Shown here: piece by piece, positions 26,891 through 41,400 of the stretch
Numbering within the stretch: the stretch's first letter is position 1
How the letters are laid out: every line of letters begins with the position of its first letter
Origin: Perna viridis
Taxonomy: Eukaryota
Direction: 5' to 3'
Length of the DNA: 64,000 nt
Assembly: GCA_037379345.1 (NCBI GenBank)
Contig: CM074522.1
Span: 14,074,001 to 14,138,000 of the forward strand
Translations under genes and position numbers: made by a program
Notes under the pieces: model-generated
Told to the model about the DNA's origin: nothing
Databases searched by the model: none
Seen by the model: the letters and a program-made list of their open reading frames with translations, nothing else

Positions 26891-29232
26891 GCATCACTTC
26901 TGAATTGGTATAGGTTGATGTACAAAACAAGATAAAGTAACCTATTTGACTAACTCAACTTAAAAAAAAAACAATCTCCAAATTATTTTCTTTTTATAAA
27001 GTACAGGGTAAATACACCTACTTAAACTAGGCTAGGGTGAAGTCTGGCAACTGGTCCAAGCAAATCATATTGAGATCACGTAACAAGAAAGATACCATAA
27101 ATATTTCTTAACCACCAGTTCAAAAGTAAGCAAGGAAAAAGGAGTTGAAGCGAACAGCATACCTGTACATATTTACACATAACTACATAAAAGAAAATTA
27201 AAATTCAGCAAGAAACACTTTCATCATCATATTCTAATTTTTTTTTCAAATATGTGTGATTCCTGTGGTTATAATCATAAAGGGAATGACAATCTGTCAT
27301 CCTATGTCAGTTTATGGACAAAAATCACACGAATGCATAGATCATATTTCGCATAATGATATTTACTAGAGAAAGAGGAGGTATGCTTGACTTGAGAACA
27401 TACGGTTTTTAATCTAGTACCCAGGGTAGTATTTTATCCTTAAAATGTTTTATTTTCTGCTCTATTGAACTGCACAAAAATCAATCTTGATAAATAAGAT
27501 TAATAGCTGGTTTCCATGGAAACTTCAGATGTAGGGAATAGGCCTAGATGATTTTTAACCTAGAATAATCCCATTAAACTAGGATCAAAAGTTCAGTTAA
27601 GGTGAATAAAGTTGATCTTTCATTGAAAAGTAAGGTTACTATTCATAGTATGCACAAATAAGGAATTTTTAATTTGTGTCATTTGATCAAACTGAGTGTA
27701 TTTCATTTTTCACAAAGAAGGAAACTGTGCACTTCCTAATAGTTAAGTGCAAAGACCATGCAATTGTACATATAAAACCACGCAGATGGAACGAGAAACA
27801 TTAAAGAAAAACACCCTGATACTTCATCTTATATCAGATTTTATGTTGAAAGCTACTCAAAATTTCTAACATATTACATAATGTATGATGAAAGATTATG
27901 TTTTATTAACTTTCATTGCAACAAACTCTCCCAACCATCCAAAACCAATTTAACCCCAAAGCAATTCCACTCTTAAATTATCCAAACAGGATATAAAGAC
28001 TTTTGCTCAGTGAAGGTTAGCATGAATGACTTATTCTGCTAATAATCATTCCCAATTATAGTTTGCCACTGAAAATAATTTGCATTTACATGTTTATATA
28101 TATCGGTACATGTATATCATTTACATGTTTATATAAAATTTCAACAAAATATATTGAACAGTTTAAAAGAACCTTTGCTTACAAACTACATGGGCCAACA
28201 GACAAAATTTTGTTTGGTAGGGGGATGTAAAACCCTCATTAATCAAAGACCAAAATTTTCTTGTCAGAAGTTACCTAATCACAAAATAATACCATGCATG
28301 AATGTTCTTTGTTGTCCTGCAAATGACAGTGACAGAATACATCAATAAAATGGTAAGTTCCCAGAAAAAATCTTACTTTAAGGGCTTTCTATTTTAATGG
28401 CTAAATATAAATATCCTTTCGGTGACATTTTGATGGAGTTTTTCTTGGATTTGATCAAGTGGAATGTCCTTAAATTTAATGATTACATAAGTACTTTGAT
28501 GGATTATAATGAGAAAAGGGTTTTTGGTTGCTTTTTTTTTTCATATTCGTTCGTTTCATATGTTTATCTTTTATTACACAACATATTTATAACATACAAA
28601 TGATTTTTACACATGACTGCCTACAAATTTAACATAATGTAGTTAGAATTTGTTTTCAAATAAGACCTGAATTAAAAGATGCAACTAATTACTAGCAGAA
28701 CAGGTTTCTGTAGCTTTCAATATTTTTCAGTGTCATTTTGGAAGATTCAAATCTGAATTCTTTGAAAAAAAAAAAAAAAAAAAAGAATTATGCAAAATGC
28801 CAAACTGAAATTTAACCTCAAAATGTGTACAATGTATCTATCTGCATTGCCCAAATTGTTCTCAAAGTCCTTCCAAACAAAACCAAAAAGGACTCCTTAG
28901 AAAAGAAAAATGTGAAATTGATCTACAAGGATTGTGTTGAAACAAATGTTATATCATCAGAGTAAGAAAATCTGAAAATTTGAAATCAAGGTTGTCCCTA
29001 AGTAATAATGAATTATGAATAAGATTTTGGTTGTCATTTTGGCAAGTACTTGTCTGAATGGTAGTGTCACTTGTCCCAGGCAATAGGACAACCTGAATCA
29101 TACCCCCAATTATATGTTTATTTGCAAACACCTGTTCTTCAGATGTTTTTGTTTTCAGCATTTCTCAACTGTAACATGCAGTCAACAGCTTGTTCAAGTA
29201 TTGTAACATTAGGTAATATCTGGATGTGTATT

Positions 29233-29448
29233 TGTACCTCAAAAAGGCAGATCCAGGATTTCAGGTAAAAGGCTTTGTACCTCAAAAAGGCAGATCCAGG
29301 ATTTCAGGTTAAAGGTTGTGTACCTCAAAAAGGCAGATCCAGGATTTCAGGTAAAAGGTTGTGTACCTCAAAAAGGCAAATCCAGGATTTCAGGTTAAAG
29401 GTTGTGTACCTCAAAAAGGCAGATCCAGGATTTCAGGTAAAAGGCTGT
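29233..29448. repeat. 43-bp tandem repeat, 5 copies
   Basis: Unit TGTACCTCAAAAAGGCAGATCCAGGATTTCAGGTAAAAGGTTG. Confidence 0.95.
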
Positions 29449-32034
29449 GTTAATTTAAGAGAAGAAAAGTATATTTGTGAGGAGAAAATCTGAAAATCAA
29501 ATGAAAAGATAATGAGTTCTGATCCAGAAATAAGAAAGGGAGTACTGTAAATTGTTCTAATTAGCATACTAGGATAGGTTCAGGAAGGTCCTAATTTGGC
29601 CCTAAATCTCAACTGTTACATAGTCACTAAAATCTGTTGCTAGGCTAGTCATAATTAAGACTTCATATTTTAAGAAACAAATTATAAAAGGCAATAGTAC
29701 ACAATGTGGAAGTGATTGACCAAAACATGGACTGGCTTTCTGGAAATCTTAATTCATGACAATTTTCGGAAGTTTTCAAGTACAAATCCTTTTCAACAAC
29801 ATTGGCCGTGTCTGTCGACCAAATAAATTTTGTGATAGCTACATGTATTTGACTTGGACCCACTAGATTAGAAAATTGTTATAATGGTCAAGGCATACAG
29901 CCATTGTCATTTTTAGCAAAGACCAACCTAAAAATGGTCAAAAATTTGCACAAAACTTACATTTGTTCATTTTGCTACGTCACTAAGGTCACAATACCCT
30001 TAATTTTAATGCATTCCCATGAAATCCAATTATCATTGTTAAAAACTGGATGCTTAAGGACATATATTGATCATATTAAATTAAGTCTAATTTCAATACT
30101 ATGAAATTTCATGCATATATCATGGTTGATATTGGGCTTTAGTGAACTTACTCCTTTGGCAGAAATATAACAAAACTGGGCAAAAATGAAGAAGGTTTCC
30201 AATCCCCAAAATCATCCTCTTGGATTCACAACTAATATTGATACTCACAAGTAACTAAAGAGAATGCTAAATTTTAACAGCGAAGTAATTTCATGTTACA
30301 TTCACTCCATTTCAGTTTATAACTGAAGTTCATTAAAGCTGGAAATGTCTAAAACACTGTCATTGTGTAATGAATGATGGTGAAAAGCCAAGGACACTAA
30401 TTGTAGATTTCTTTACCATTAAAAAGCAACTTTGATGGCTTGATTGCTCCAATATTTTTTTTTTTAATTCTTCAGAAGTAAATATTAGAAAATACAAGCT
30501 GGTATCCAAGACCATATTTTTGTTTGATATTTTCTATATATGTTCAACTAAATTTCATCCAAAAGTTTGACAGCCAAGCTCAAATTATAGTAACCATGGG
30601 CTACTGGTCAACTGCTAATTTTTATCCCTGTTCTTCATTCAACTCATCTTGGAATAATTCCCACCAGATCTTTCTCACTGGGTAACAACAATTGGAAAGG
30701 CCAAAACACTAAAAATTCTTGTCATAGAATAAAAACCATGCCATGATGGAGTATTACATTGTGAAGGAGAAAACCATAAAGTGATGCCCTAAATGAAACT
30801 TTCCCTTAGTCTTCTGATTAACTAAAAAGAAGTGTACCAATAATAAAACCAAGTTCTTGCATGTCATGGCCATATGTACAACAACAAAGATATTACCTTC
30901 AAACACATGATTCAACATTACATGAATATTTTATACAATGAAGTTCTCGTTTTGTAATATCAACTGAAGTTCAATAGTCTGCCTATAACAAAGCTCCCAG
31001 AAATACCAAGTGCCAAATATAGGACTTATAAAACATTCATACAAACCATCCAAAGACAGTGTACAGTTTCCTTCAGCAGCTATTGATTTTTCAAGTGTCA
31101 ATTTAATTTTAATGACTAACATCAGGGATTTTCTAACATTTTTTAAAATATAATTTGGGTTTTTTGGCCAAATGGTTCGGATTCAATAATGATAAATATT
31201 AAATTCTTTGGAAAGATCCTATTATTTGTTGAACTGTTTTTCATTAACATTCATTTTTTGATAGGATTTAATGTTATGGTGGTAACATTTTTTTAATTGA
31301 CCGAACACCTCCATTTGGTTTGTACTATGAAGATTTGAAATTACTCACCAAAAAGTCATGGGTTTCCAAAATGTGATTTTTGTGGAAACAAGCAAAGGGA
31401 AACATGTAAATGCATTTGGACTTAGAATGCAATTTAAGCACTGACAGTCAAAACGCATCAACCATTAATTTTCAGGTGATACACTGTCATTGATCAAAGC
31501 TTTTTGTTATGACATCACAAATCTGACATTGTTTAAAAGCTGCCAGTGATGTCCCTTGCTTTCAAACAAACTTGTTTTTTTCTGACTTTAAGCATTTTTT
31601 CCAGTCTAAAGACATAAACAGTGCAATGACTTAGCAAAAACTGTGTATGTACAGCAATGCTTGGGTACAGACTAATATTTTCCTGAATTTTAATATGGTT
31701 TTATGTCAATACTATGCATTGCTATTGTTTCGGTGCCTTGGTTCTTTAATCTTACTCAATATTCACTTGACAATGAACCTCATTGTGGTGGAGAGTAAGT
31801 TTTCCTTGGCAGTAGAAATTCAACAATGTCCCTTTCTAGGCTTGTTGCCGTGGTCCTTTATTACAGAACTTTCATAGTCATTGTATTTACTGACATTTTT
31901 CTTTGTCTACATCATTACAACAGAAAACGTAAGGTACTAACTTTGAGGAATACATAACATCATAGTTAACAACTGGCAAAATGACTATATAGACATTGCA
32001 TTGTTACTTTGTGCCTTATACATCAGAAGAGATT

Positions 32035-32425
32035 TTGGATGAAAGATGTTCACTTTTTTGCTGCTCTATTAAAAAATAACAAGGATTTCAAAGGATTGAG
32101 AATCTTTTAAGATCTTTCATGCCAGAACAATATAAAAAGAAAAAAAATGGGTCAGTGTGCTCATTTTTGAGATATAAGCATTTAAAATTTTAGCAGGAAA
32201 AGAATTTCTGAAGATTTTCAATAGACTGTCTTAAAAGGTTTTATCTGTTAAGAACACTGAACACTGGTAACAAGGATTTCATAAAAACTTCTGAAATTAC
32301 ATTTTATGGTATGTTTAATGAAGTGGTAGTCACTTGGCAAAAAAATATTAATGCCATGAAAAGGATAAAACCAAAGTCCAAAAATCTGACAAAAATGTCT
32401 GAACATGACCAGCAAACATCCTGAA
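32035..32425 (+). mobile_element. Degenerate dispersed repeat (MITE-like), inverted relative to 35045-35385
   Basis: Shared blocks, e.g. TTGAGATATAAGCATTTAAAATTTTAGCAGGAAAAG versus the reverse complement of CTTTTCCCGCCAAAATTCAAATGCCTTTATCTCAA. Confidence 0.55.
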
Positions 32426-33889
32426 TATAGTGTATTTGATTGATTTTTTTTATTTTTTGTTTTTCTACTTATAGTTCAAGCCAGGGCTAAATTCCTTATC
32501 TCAATAAGCTTTCTGTGTAATATAGGGATGACTTTACAAAGTCTACAAATGAAGTGGAAATTGGCAAAATCAGAAGTAAATATACTTTAAAAAAAAAGCT
32601 AAAAAGTGGAAAAAAATAATCCCTGGTAACATAATACAAAATGTAGTTTTTCAGACGCAGTCGATATAGCTTCGCTTTTTACCCTTTTACCTTAAGGATG
32701 CTCTTCTATGGAAAGTAAATCACCTGACCGCAGTTCTTTTTCCTGATTGGCAAAATACTGATAACTTCGTAGTGTTCGAAAAATTTGTATTGGAATTGCA
32801 TTTGAAAAAAAACTTTATTGGAACCTTAAAAATTGCATGTCATGTGTTATTTTCTTGAAAGAAATGTAGAAATGTAGTAAAAAAGAACAAAATTTTACTG
32901 CGTTGGCTATCTATTTTTTTGTTAAAAGATAGTACTTGTTTCTTAATATTCTGACATTTAGTCACAATGTTGCTAAAAATATAAATACCATACTATACAA
33001 CAGGTAGGCTGGAAGTTATTGCCTGTGTGTGTAATGTTGTCATTTGTTTTTGAAAGATGAATAATTCATCCTGAAATGTATTCCATATGCTGGTCAAAGA
33101 CCAGAGTTTTTCAATCAATCACCTTAGTTAACACTTAACTTCAGTCAACCTCATACATCATGTAATAGAAACAATGCCAATCTACCAAATAAATGTCACA
33201 TGGAAATCAGGGTTAAATAAAAAAAAAACTATCTCAGTTTGTCTAAGGTTGAAAATGGCATCTGGAACTTGTAAAAATATTATTTATACTAAAAAATTCA
33301 TGATAAAAATTGATGTTTTAATAAATTGTCCCCATCACAGACTTAATGTTTTTTTTTTTATATCATTATAACATCACACTAACATACTAAATCATTGTTA
33401 ATTTGGTACACAGATATTTTAAGTTAGCTGTAAGTTTTTTTTTTTTCTTTTTTACATAACTGGACAAATATCTTCATATCTTTTTTTTCAGTTAATATTT
33501 CATATGAAATACATGCACATAAAACAAACTATTTTATTTACTTCAGCAAACACAATATGGAATGGCTACAAATGTTCAAATTTTTAAGTTAGGTGAATAT
33601 CTACTCTACAACGTGCACAGTATGAAAAGAATCTACTGAACTAATTAATATGCATGATTAATATATGAAGAATCAGGTAAGGTAGGATTAAGTCTGCAAG
33701 GAATAGGGTGCAGATATACATTGTATATAAGCAAATGTGGTGAATCTCTCTTTTAAGGTGTACATAAACAATGTTTACTGGTCAATTGTAACAGTAGACA
33801 AAAGTCTCAGCACACCCTCGGTGAGTCTAAGGTTCCACAAAGTGCATTTTAGATTTATACTTTTATATGCAAGGGAGTGAAGTGCTTAC

Positions 33890-33928
33890 CTTTTTTAAGT
33901 CTCTTGTAGGCATTAGGCAGTTACTGAC
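33890..33928 (-). CDS. Candidate 39-nt in-frame cassette exon (VSNCLMPTRDLKK) in intron 1 of the NlpC/P60 gene
   Basis: TTACTTATTGCTCAG| acceptor and AAG|GTAAGC donor; 13 codons, no stop, phase 0/0 like the host intron. No homology support. Confidence 0.25.
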
Positions 33929-35044
33929 CTGAGCAATAAGTAATAATATACTCCCTGTTCATATCTGATATCCTCCAGTAGTTGACCAGACTTGCTGTCA
34001 GTGATTACATGTACATGTAACTAACACTCAACTCATAAATTACCCTTGCATCTAACAATCACCCTTGCCCACTTACAGTATACATGCACTACAGGTGTTT
34101 TACTCAACCAATTTAGTTCTTGTCTTTTCTCTCCAATTTTGTCAAATTTTATCACCCAACTCTCTTGATTATAAAATCTCTGTATTCTACATTTGATCAA
34201 TTTTTGTGTTGTTTCTTTCAAAAAGAAAATAGTTTACCTCAGAACTTCTGTACCTAAGAACTAGAAGATGGCTGAACCAATCCAATTCATGTACAGTGGA
34301 TCATTCAATAAATTTGGTGAAACTTCTTCACATAATTGATAAAAAAAATACAGTTTTATAATCATTTCTCAACAGACTCCTAATATATCTGCACAAGGAT
34401 ATTCAAGCACAAAGGTAACTGAAGTTGTAGAATACCTGAACAAGATCACTTCAAATAAAAAGCAAAGGATGGACAACTGTATAGCATGAGCAGGTGAGAA
34501 ACGATAAAAATTTGTAGATCATTTCTTTAGCAGTAAGGAGAAATACCATGACCATACTATAACAAGTCATCAACTAACCCATATAATGACAAACCTGCAT
34601 GTAAATAGCGTAACAGCTGTCACCACCTCTTTTAAAACCTTAACACTACCTCATCTACAATCTGTATAATGCCTGCAGCCTATAAATGTTCATGTGACAC
34701 ACCAAAGACCTAAAGGCTCCAGTTGGATGTCCTGCTGCACGACAGCAATACAGAGATAAATACATTTTATGGAGAGAAACCAGAGGAAAACAAGACAAAG
34801 AGACTGATACCATCAGTATAAGTCATCAGTCTAGTCAGAAAAAGATCAATATTGAACCAATACAAAGGAACTTAAAAAAAAAACATCTAAAATTTAGATA
34901 AAAGACTGGAAACACAATGATCATGACTTGCATTTGCCAATAATGACTCAAACATTCTAAGTGACAAATGATAAAGATATAACACTGAAGAAGTAACTGC
35001 TAAAATGTTGCTGTTCTTTCAAAATGATTCATAAAAAAAATATT

Positions 35045-35385
35045 GATGATCACTGGTTTGGTCAGATTTTGGGAATCTTCTGGTTTTATCAATTTCATGA
35101 CATAAATATTTTTACCCAAAGACCCCCACTTTTCTACTCATAATTTCATAAACACACCTTAAAATGTTACTTGAGAAGTTTTTATGACATCTTTGTTATC
35201 TCCTCAGAGTTATTAATAGATAAAACCTACTAAGACAAAACCTATAGAAAATCCAGAAAAATCCTTTTCCCGCCAAAATTCAAATGCCTTTATCTCAATA
35301 ACAAGTTACTATGCTTTTTCTTCTTTTCATATTGTTCTAGCATAAAAGATCTTAATAAAATCCTTGTTATTTTTAAACATCCTTA
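35045..35385 (-). mobile_element. Degenerate dispersed repeat (MITE-like), inverted copy of 32035-32425
   Basis: Reverse-complement similarity to 32035-32425; ends in AACATCCTTAA. Confidence 0.55.
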
Positions 35386-35430
35386 AATCTGCATATCGGA
35401 ACCTAGAGCCCCATTCTACGACTAGTACAA

Positions 35431-35432
<2 letters not shown>

Positions 35433-35465
<33 letters not shown>
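35433..35465. repeat. (CA)n microsatellite
   Basis: Uninterrupted CA run. Confidence 0.95.
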
Positions 35466-38400
35466 TTTTTTAAACAAAACCCTTCAGCCCTAAGTTTCTG
35501 TTTTAGCCAATAGCATTTTACATTACCTTTTTCATCATTTTCTGTGTCCCATTATCATAATCCTATAATTAACAAAAAGATAAATTGCATTTTCTTTGTA
35601 CCTCTGGTCACCAGTACATAGTAACTCAGAAGTTAGGTTTAAACCAGTTTAATTCACATTCTAAATTGAAGTTTTTTTCCCTACAGAAGTAAATGCCTTC
35701 TCCTGTTCCAAAGTTCAAAGAGGTATAACTCCCACAAAATTCAGTGGATCATAAATTCCTGGAAATATGCACAACTACATACCATGTCTTCATTACAAAC
35801 AAAGTTTCATGAAATCTATGCAACAGTTTCTGAGAAGATGTACTTACAAAAAAGGGATGGGCAGACAGATGGTCAGGACAAAAACAATACATGTATGTCT
35901 CCCCACTAAAGTGAAGGGAGGCAAAATTGCATTCCCCCCATAAATCACATTTATTATTGCCTTTTAGGTGGCATGAGATTAGTACAATACTACTCAGTTA
36001 CAGTTTAGTTTCGAAACATTTCATTACATGTATTTTTTACTTCCACAAGGTTACAGTATTGCTGGAAGAGTGACATACATTACAGAGCTGTGGTAAATAA
36101 TATAATCTTTCATACCTAACTTGCAAATGAGTACACTGAAACAGGAAAAATAAACAGCTACACTTTAAAAGAAGTCTCACAACTCTGTGAAGAAAAAAAT
36201 CAGAAAAAAATTAAAGAGACTTTGAGTTATCATATAAAGTATGAAAAGAGGTAAACAATTACAGGTACACCCAATACATGTAATATGCGTGTCTGCAGAT
36301 GAGTGTATATAAATTATGCAAAATTTTCTTTCAAAAATGTTGCCAAAACCTCAACTAAAATTATTTTACCCATTTCATAATCAAGCTACACCCACTAATA
36401 TTACAAAATACTGTCAGGTAAAGATGAATACTTGGAATAGCAACATACTGATGATAAACCACAAAGCTGACCTACCATAGCCTACTCATCTAGCCAGAAC
36501 AAGTATCAGCTTGCATAGAAAACCACCTCAGATCAGAACTGACTCTCAACACAGTTCAATTTCCTATAAAGATCATTAGAAAGCATTTAATTGAAAAACC
36601 TACAAAAGTTTGTCACATTTATTCTTGAACTTTCAAAGATTTTGAAAGTGCAAATAGGCCAGGATGGAAAAAAATAACTTTAAAGGAAAGATTAACACCT
36701 CTTTAAGATATATATCAAGCCCCAAATCAATGCATTACAAGTGACATCAAAGACACACCTTGAGGCTGACAAAAGTAAGAGACTGTTTATGATAAGGTCT
36801 TCCAGAAGTAAGTGTTATTCATTTATCACCACTAAATTTTAGGTGATATAAGGTACATGTACGTCCAATATAGCAAAATAAAACAGAGTTAACAAAAAAG
36901 AAAACTGTCAGACACACCTAAAAGGCTAATTTGATGAAAAAATCTAAATTCAGTAATCATTATTTACTCAGAATAAAAAATGAGGTTTAGACAAGGATTT
37001 TCAATGTGATACATGTACATTCTATGCCCTATTATTTTTTTATGTATTAAGGGTTTGTCTATCCCCCCTTTTTTCATGTTTTAAATAATTATTTCTGCTA
37101 CACCAAGCCAAGCAAATAATATAACACTAAATTTGTCAAAAACAATATTTTTTTTAAACCTACAACTTAGCATAGAAACAAGAAACCAAAAATTATAGTT
37201 TATGTGAATTTTTTAACAATGGTTGAATCTTTCATATCCATGACATTTGTCAGGATTTTTGTCACCAATCCTTCATGAAATCACTCTATTCAATCAAGTA
37301 AGAATGTGAGGACATGTACCCCAGATCATGTCTAACTGAGGTAATTATCTCCCCTTTTAATCCAGTATTAAAAGGAAACCAGTCAGAGATATTATCATGT
37401 CATAATAATTAACCCTCAAACTTCAAGGACAACAATTGTAAAAATTCTTTTAACAGCATAAGGTTAAACAGTACTAAGGCCAGAGTTTAGTAGATTTTAC
37501 ACATGGTTAGGGAAATATAAAGACCCCCTGTCAGAAACTGATCATCAAATTAATTTGGACCCCACTCAATATGACATGATTTTAAATAAATAAGTGGGTA
37601 CTTAGTGACAAAAGACTTTTATAAGCATGAACATTTTATCAAGACTTTGTCCTGATCACCTAGCAGGAAAAGAATGTATTTGTAAATCATTTTAAAGAAT
37701 AGAGATTTTTTGTTGTAAAATAGAATTTTGAAAAAGAAGATGCTATTAATGTGTTGAAAGAAGACTTTAAATTTTCCTGAGCCAAACTTTAAAAAAAAAA
37801 AGAAATTTTTATCCACCATTTAGAAGTTGGGGCCGAACTAATTGTTTTTAGTAACAATTGTTATTGGACCCCTGCCAAGCTTATTCTTTCAGGAAGGTGT
37901 AAGCTACAGGACAGATTAGGTAAAAAACAAAATGAGAAAAGTTTTTTTCTGCTCAAGACCGTTCATTAAACTGCTGCTATGGAATATATAATGATTGATA
38001 CCAACAATACCGAACCAAATGTAAAACTAGGACAAAAGGAAAAACATTGAGCAGCATCTTTAAAACTAGACATACAAGATGGATTTTACATAAAACAATA
38101 CATCAACAGAACTAAAAAAACAGTAGGAATTATTATATGAAGGACTCTGGTACAAATGAAACATACAAAGATAACACATCCACAGTGCAAACTTAGAAAT
38201 TTTCTCGGCCAAAATTAAGATTCTACAATTAGTGCAAGAAATAACAGATCAGATTCATTTCATCAACAATTAACCATTTCACAACATAATAATGCCTGTT
38301 AACCAAGCCATCTCTTCTACCATAGTTACAGGTACATAACTCTCAGACCTTTGAGTAATTCAATTGTGCTAGTGCTGAATCAACTTATTGGCTCCCTCAC

Positions 38401-41400
38401 TCTCCAAATAATTCAATTCTCTCTGGTGACAATGCAGACAGTTCTGGAGATAGGATACATGTACCTGGTACTCAATAACACAGGAATGTACAATGTATCA
38501 CCTCTTTACAGAACAGCACATGGTATAAAATGATGGCAGTTATTTTCAATCCCAATCCACCACACACAAAGAATTTCAACAATAGTTTGACTGTTATTTG
38601 TAAAAGAATAAATTTGGAGTCTAAAGCATACAGGTATCTCATTCATCAACTAATATTCTCATTACTGAAAACTGAAAACAAAACTAAGAATAAATGAGTT
38701 TTTTTTTGTTTTTTTTTTTGTTACTAGAGAAAAAGGAGGACAAAGGTTCTTAGAAACAGTCAAACAGAACAAGATTTTTTTCTTTGAAAAAGGGACTACA
38801 ATTCAGTATAGAAGTATTCAGATTCTCTTAACTCTTGAACAAGCAACATGACTTTCTTTTTTTTTTTCAGATACATGATCAATGGTTAACACCCAGCCTA
38901 ACGATCTCACCACCTTCACACTTGCTTGCAATGTTTCTTTCCATCTCTTCTACTCTCATTAACTTACCTTTACAAACAAAACATGTTGTTGATTTCCAAT
39001 CCACAAAAATTATGAAAATAATACATCTAAATCTGGTGCAATAAGTAAATAAAAATCTACAGAACAAGCGTCTCTGGTTTCTGAATAATTTTTTATTTTG
39101 ACATTGATGACCGTATGGTCCTGTCGACATCTTTACCTGACAGTATTAAAACTTATTATAATCTAATGCTGTTAGGTAAGATGTAGCCAGAAACCACATT
39201 AATACATGTCAAATTCCACATCCAAAATGGCTCCAGAGAGTTCGTAGATGTGCAGTGGTGCAGGGTGAATCATGTCCAGTAAAAGCAATAAGCAGAGTAG
39301 ATGAATTAGTTCCATGCAGGTTCATATCAAAACTTAGTAGCCATTGTAACAACATAAATGTTTGAAACAGTTACTATGAAACTTGTCACATTATTAACAC
39401 TTCGTCATCACTGGCCCGTGTAAAGTGTTTCAATATTTGATGCGTAACATATTATAATTTCACACATATTTCTTGATCCCTTTTAAAATATTAAATTGAT
39501 CTTTCAATAATTATAATATTCTCAAATACTAACCAGGAACTAAGTCAATTTAATGTCTGACCTTATCCAAGCGAGTCAAATCCTAAAATGAAACTTCAAA
39601 TAGAATTAAAAAAAAAAACAGGTGTGGCAGTTAATCACATCACATCAAAGTTTCATAAATTACACATGATACATGTAATCATCAGTATAAAATAACCAGT
39701 TTTCTCTTCCTTAATAATCAGCAAGAATACAACAAAAACCGATCACATTTACAACATCCTGCAGTTTACATCACATAAATGCAGAATTTGCAGACCATGT
39801 TCCCACGTTACAAAATGGAAGTTCCAATATATCAGTCGATAAAGACAACACTATCGGACAAAGACATATAATGGATCATCATTTTCCTATCCAATCACTA
39901 CATTTCAATAAAAGTTGTCATAATTTGGTTTAAATTATTCTGGTATCATACAGCAGTGCACAAAGCATATGCATTCCAACTAACACTTTTCAATAGACAG
40001 TTTTATATACCTACAAACTGTAGACATTTCTTCACTGATTATGCCCAATAGGTGAAAAATGTTGATGCGCTGACAAACGTATCTTTATCAGATTTAGCTA
40101 TAAGGCAAGCAACATTAATATCAAACACTCATTTTTACTAGGAGGCATGCCACGTTGTTCGTAAAAGCTATTCGTCTGTGACACAGCTCATTCCATATGT
40201 TTAATCACCCCACATCACGGAACAAAGAACAACGTTTCAAGTCTTTGTGATAATTCAACCACGCCTTCAAATACCCGATATTTTCCTAAGGTAAAAACTT
40301 TCAAATGATCACATCTTATCTCAATTAAAGGTGACCCCAGGTACATAAGACCATGCTATAAATTCTGTACCTGTTCACAAACTGTTTTACTCAGTTCTGC
40401 TCAAAGGCTTTACCAGGTTATGTATTAAACAACAAGGTAAACTATGGAATATAACTGGTTGATCCATTGGAAGCCATAAGAACTTGTGTCAATACAAACA
40501 ATTTTGAGTTGCTATGATAGGCCGTTATTAGAACTGGGCTGGATGAATGGCACATGAAGGACAAAAATATCACTTTTATCATGCAACCCCCGGGCAGATA
40601 TAACACATTGTACTGATAGTTATTAAATGAGGTCTAAAATGTTCATTCTCAAAACTGTTGAAAGTACAGAGTGTTGAGAATCATTAATACACATATGTGT
40701 ATGTTCAAAACATCCATTAACAAAGACCTTAACTAGGAGGATTTTTTTATACTTATAACAGTGATTTTAATAACCTTTAAATTTTTCTGTTGCAATTTTC
40801 TATATTTTTTTTTACAATAAAACTCCAGTCAAACTGTCTATGTTTAAATTTAGATTATATCATAAACATGTTAAAATTTTCTGTTTACATGCACAGGAAA
40901 AAAGGTACTCTTATATCTTAAACTTTAAAGAGAGAAAAAATTTAAATGCCACCTTTAAAAAGTAAAAAAATATTTAAATAACAACCAAAAATGAAAATAA
41001 ATACATATTTGTTTTAACCAAGAAATTATACTACAAATATTCTTGCTTTATATTTTTTTCTAAGTTAACATTTTCACAGTAACCCTACCCATTCTTTTTT
41101 AAAGATAAAAAAACATTTCATCCTTTTATACTTATTCAAGTAAATAAAATTGAATAAGTCATGTCTAACATGTTTCATATTTTTTTTTATTAAACCCATT
41201 CTTTGATCTTTAAAACAACCAACATTGTTATATAGGTTCATTTGTACATTCTACCAGAAACAATATTCTAACAAAAAAAAACGTCTGACTTACACCCCCA
41301 TGTCTCCATAACTTTGATTGCAACCAAATGTCCACATAATTAGCATTATTCATAACTACTTCCTCAAACCAAGTAATAATCTAATGATAGCCATGTATGC

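Noticed and set aside
38835-40300. Possible retroelement or gene remnant with some CpGs
   Set aside because: No interpretable protein motif or consistent splice structure could be read.
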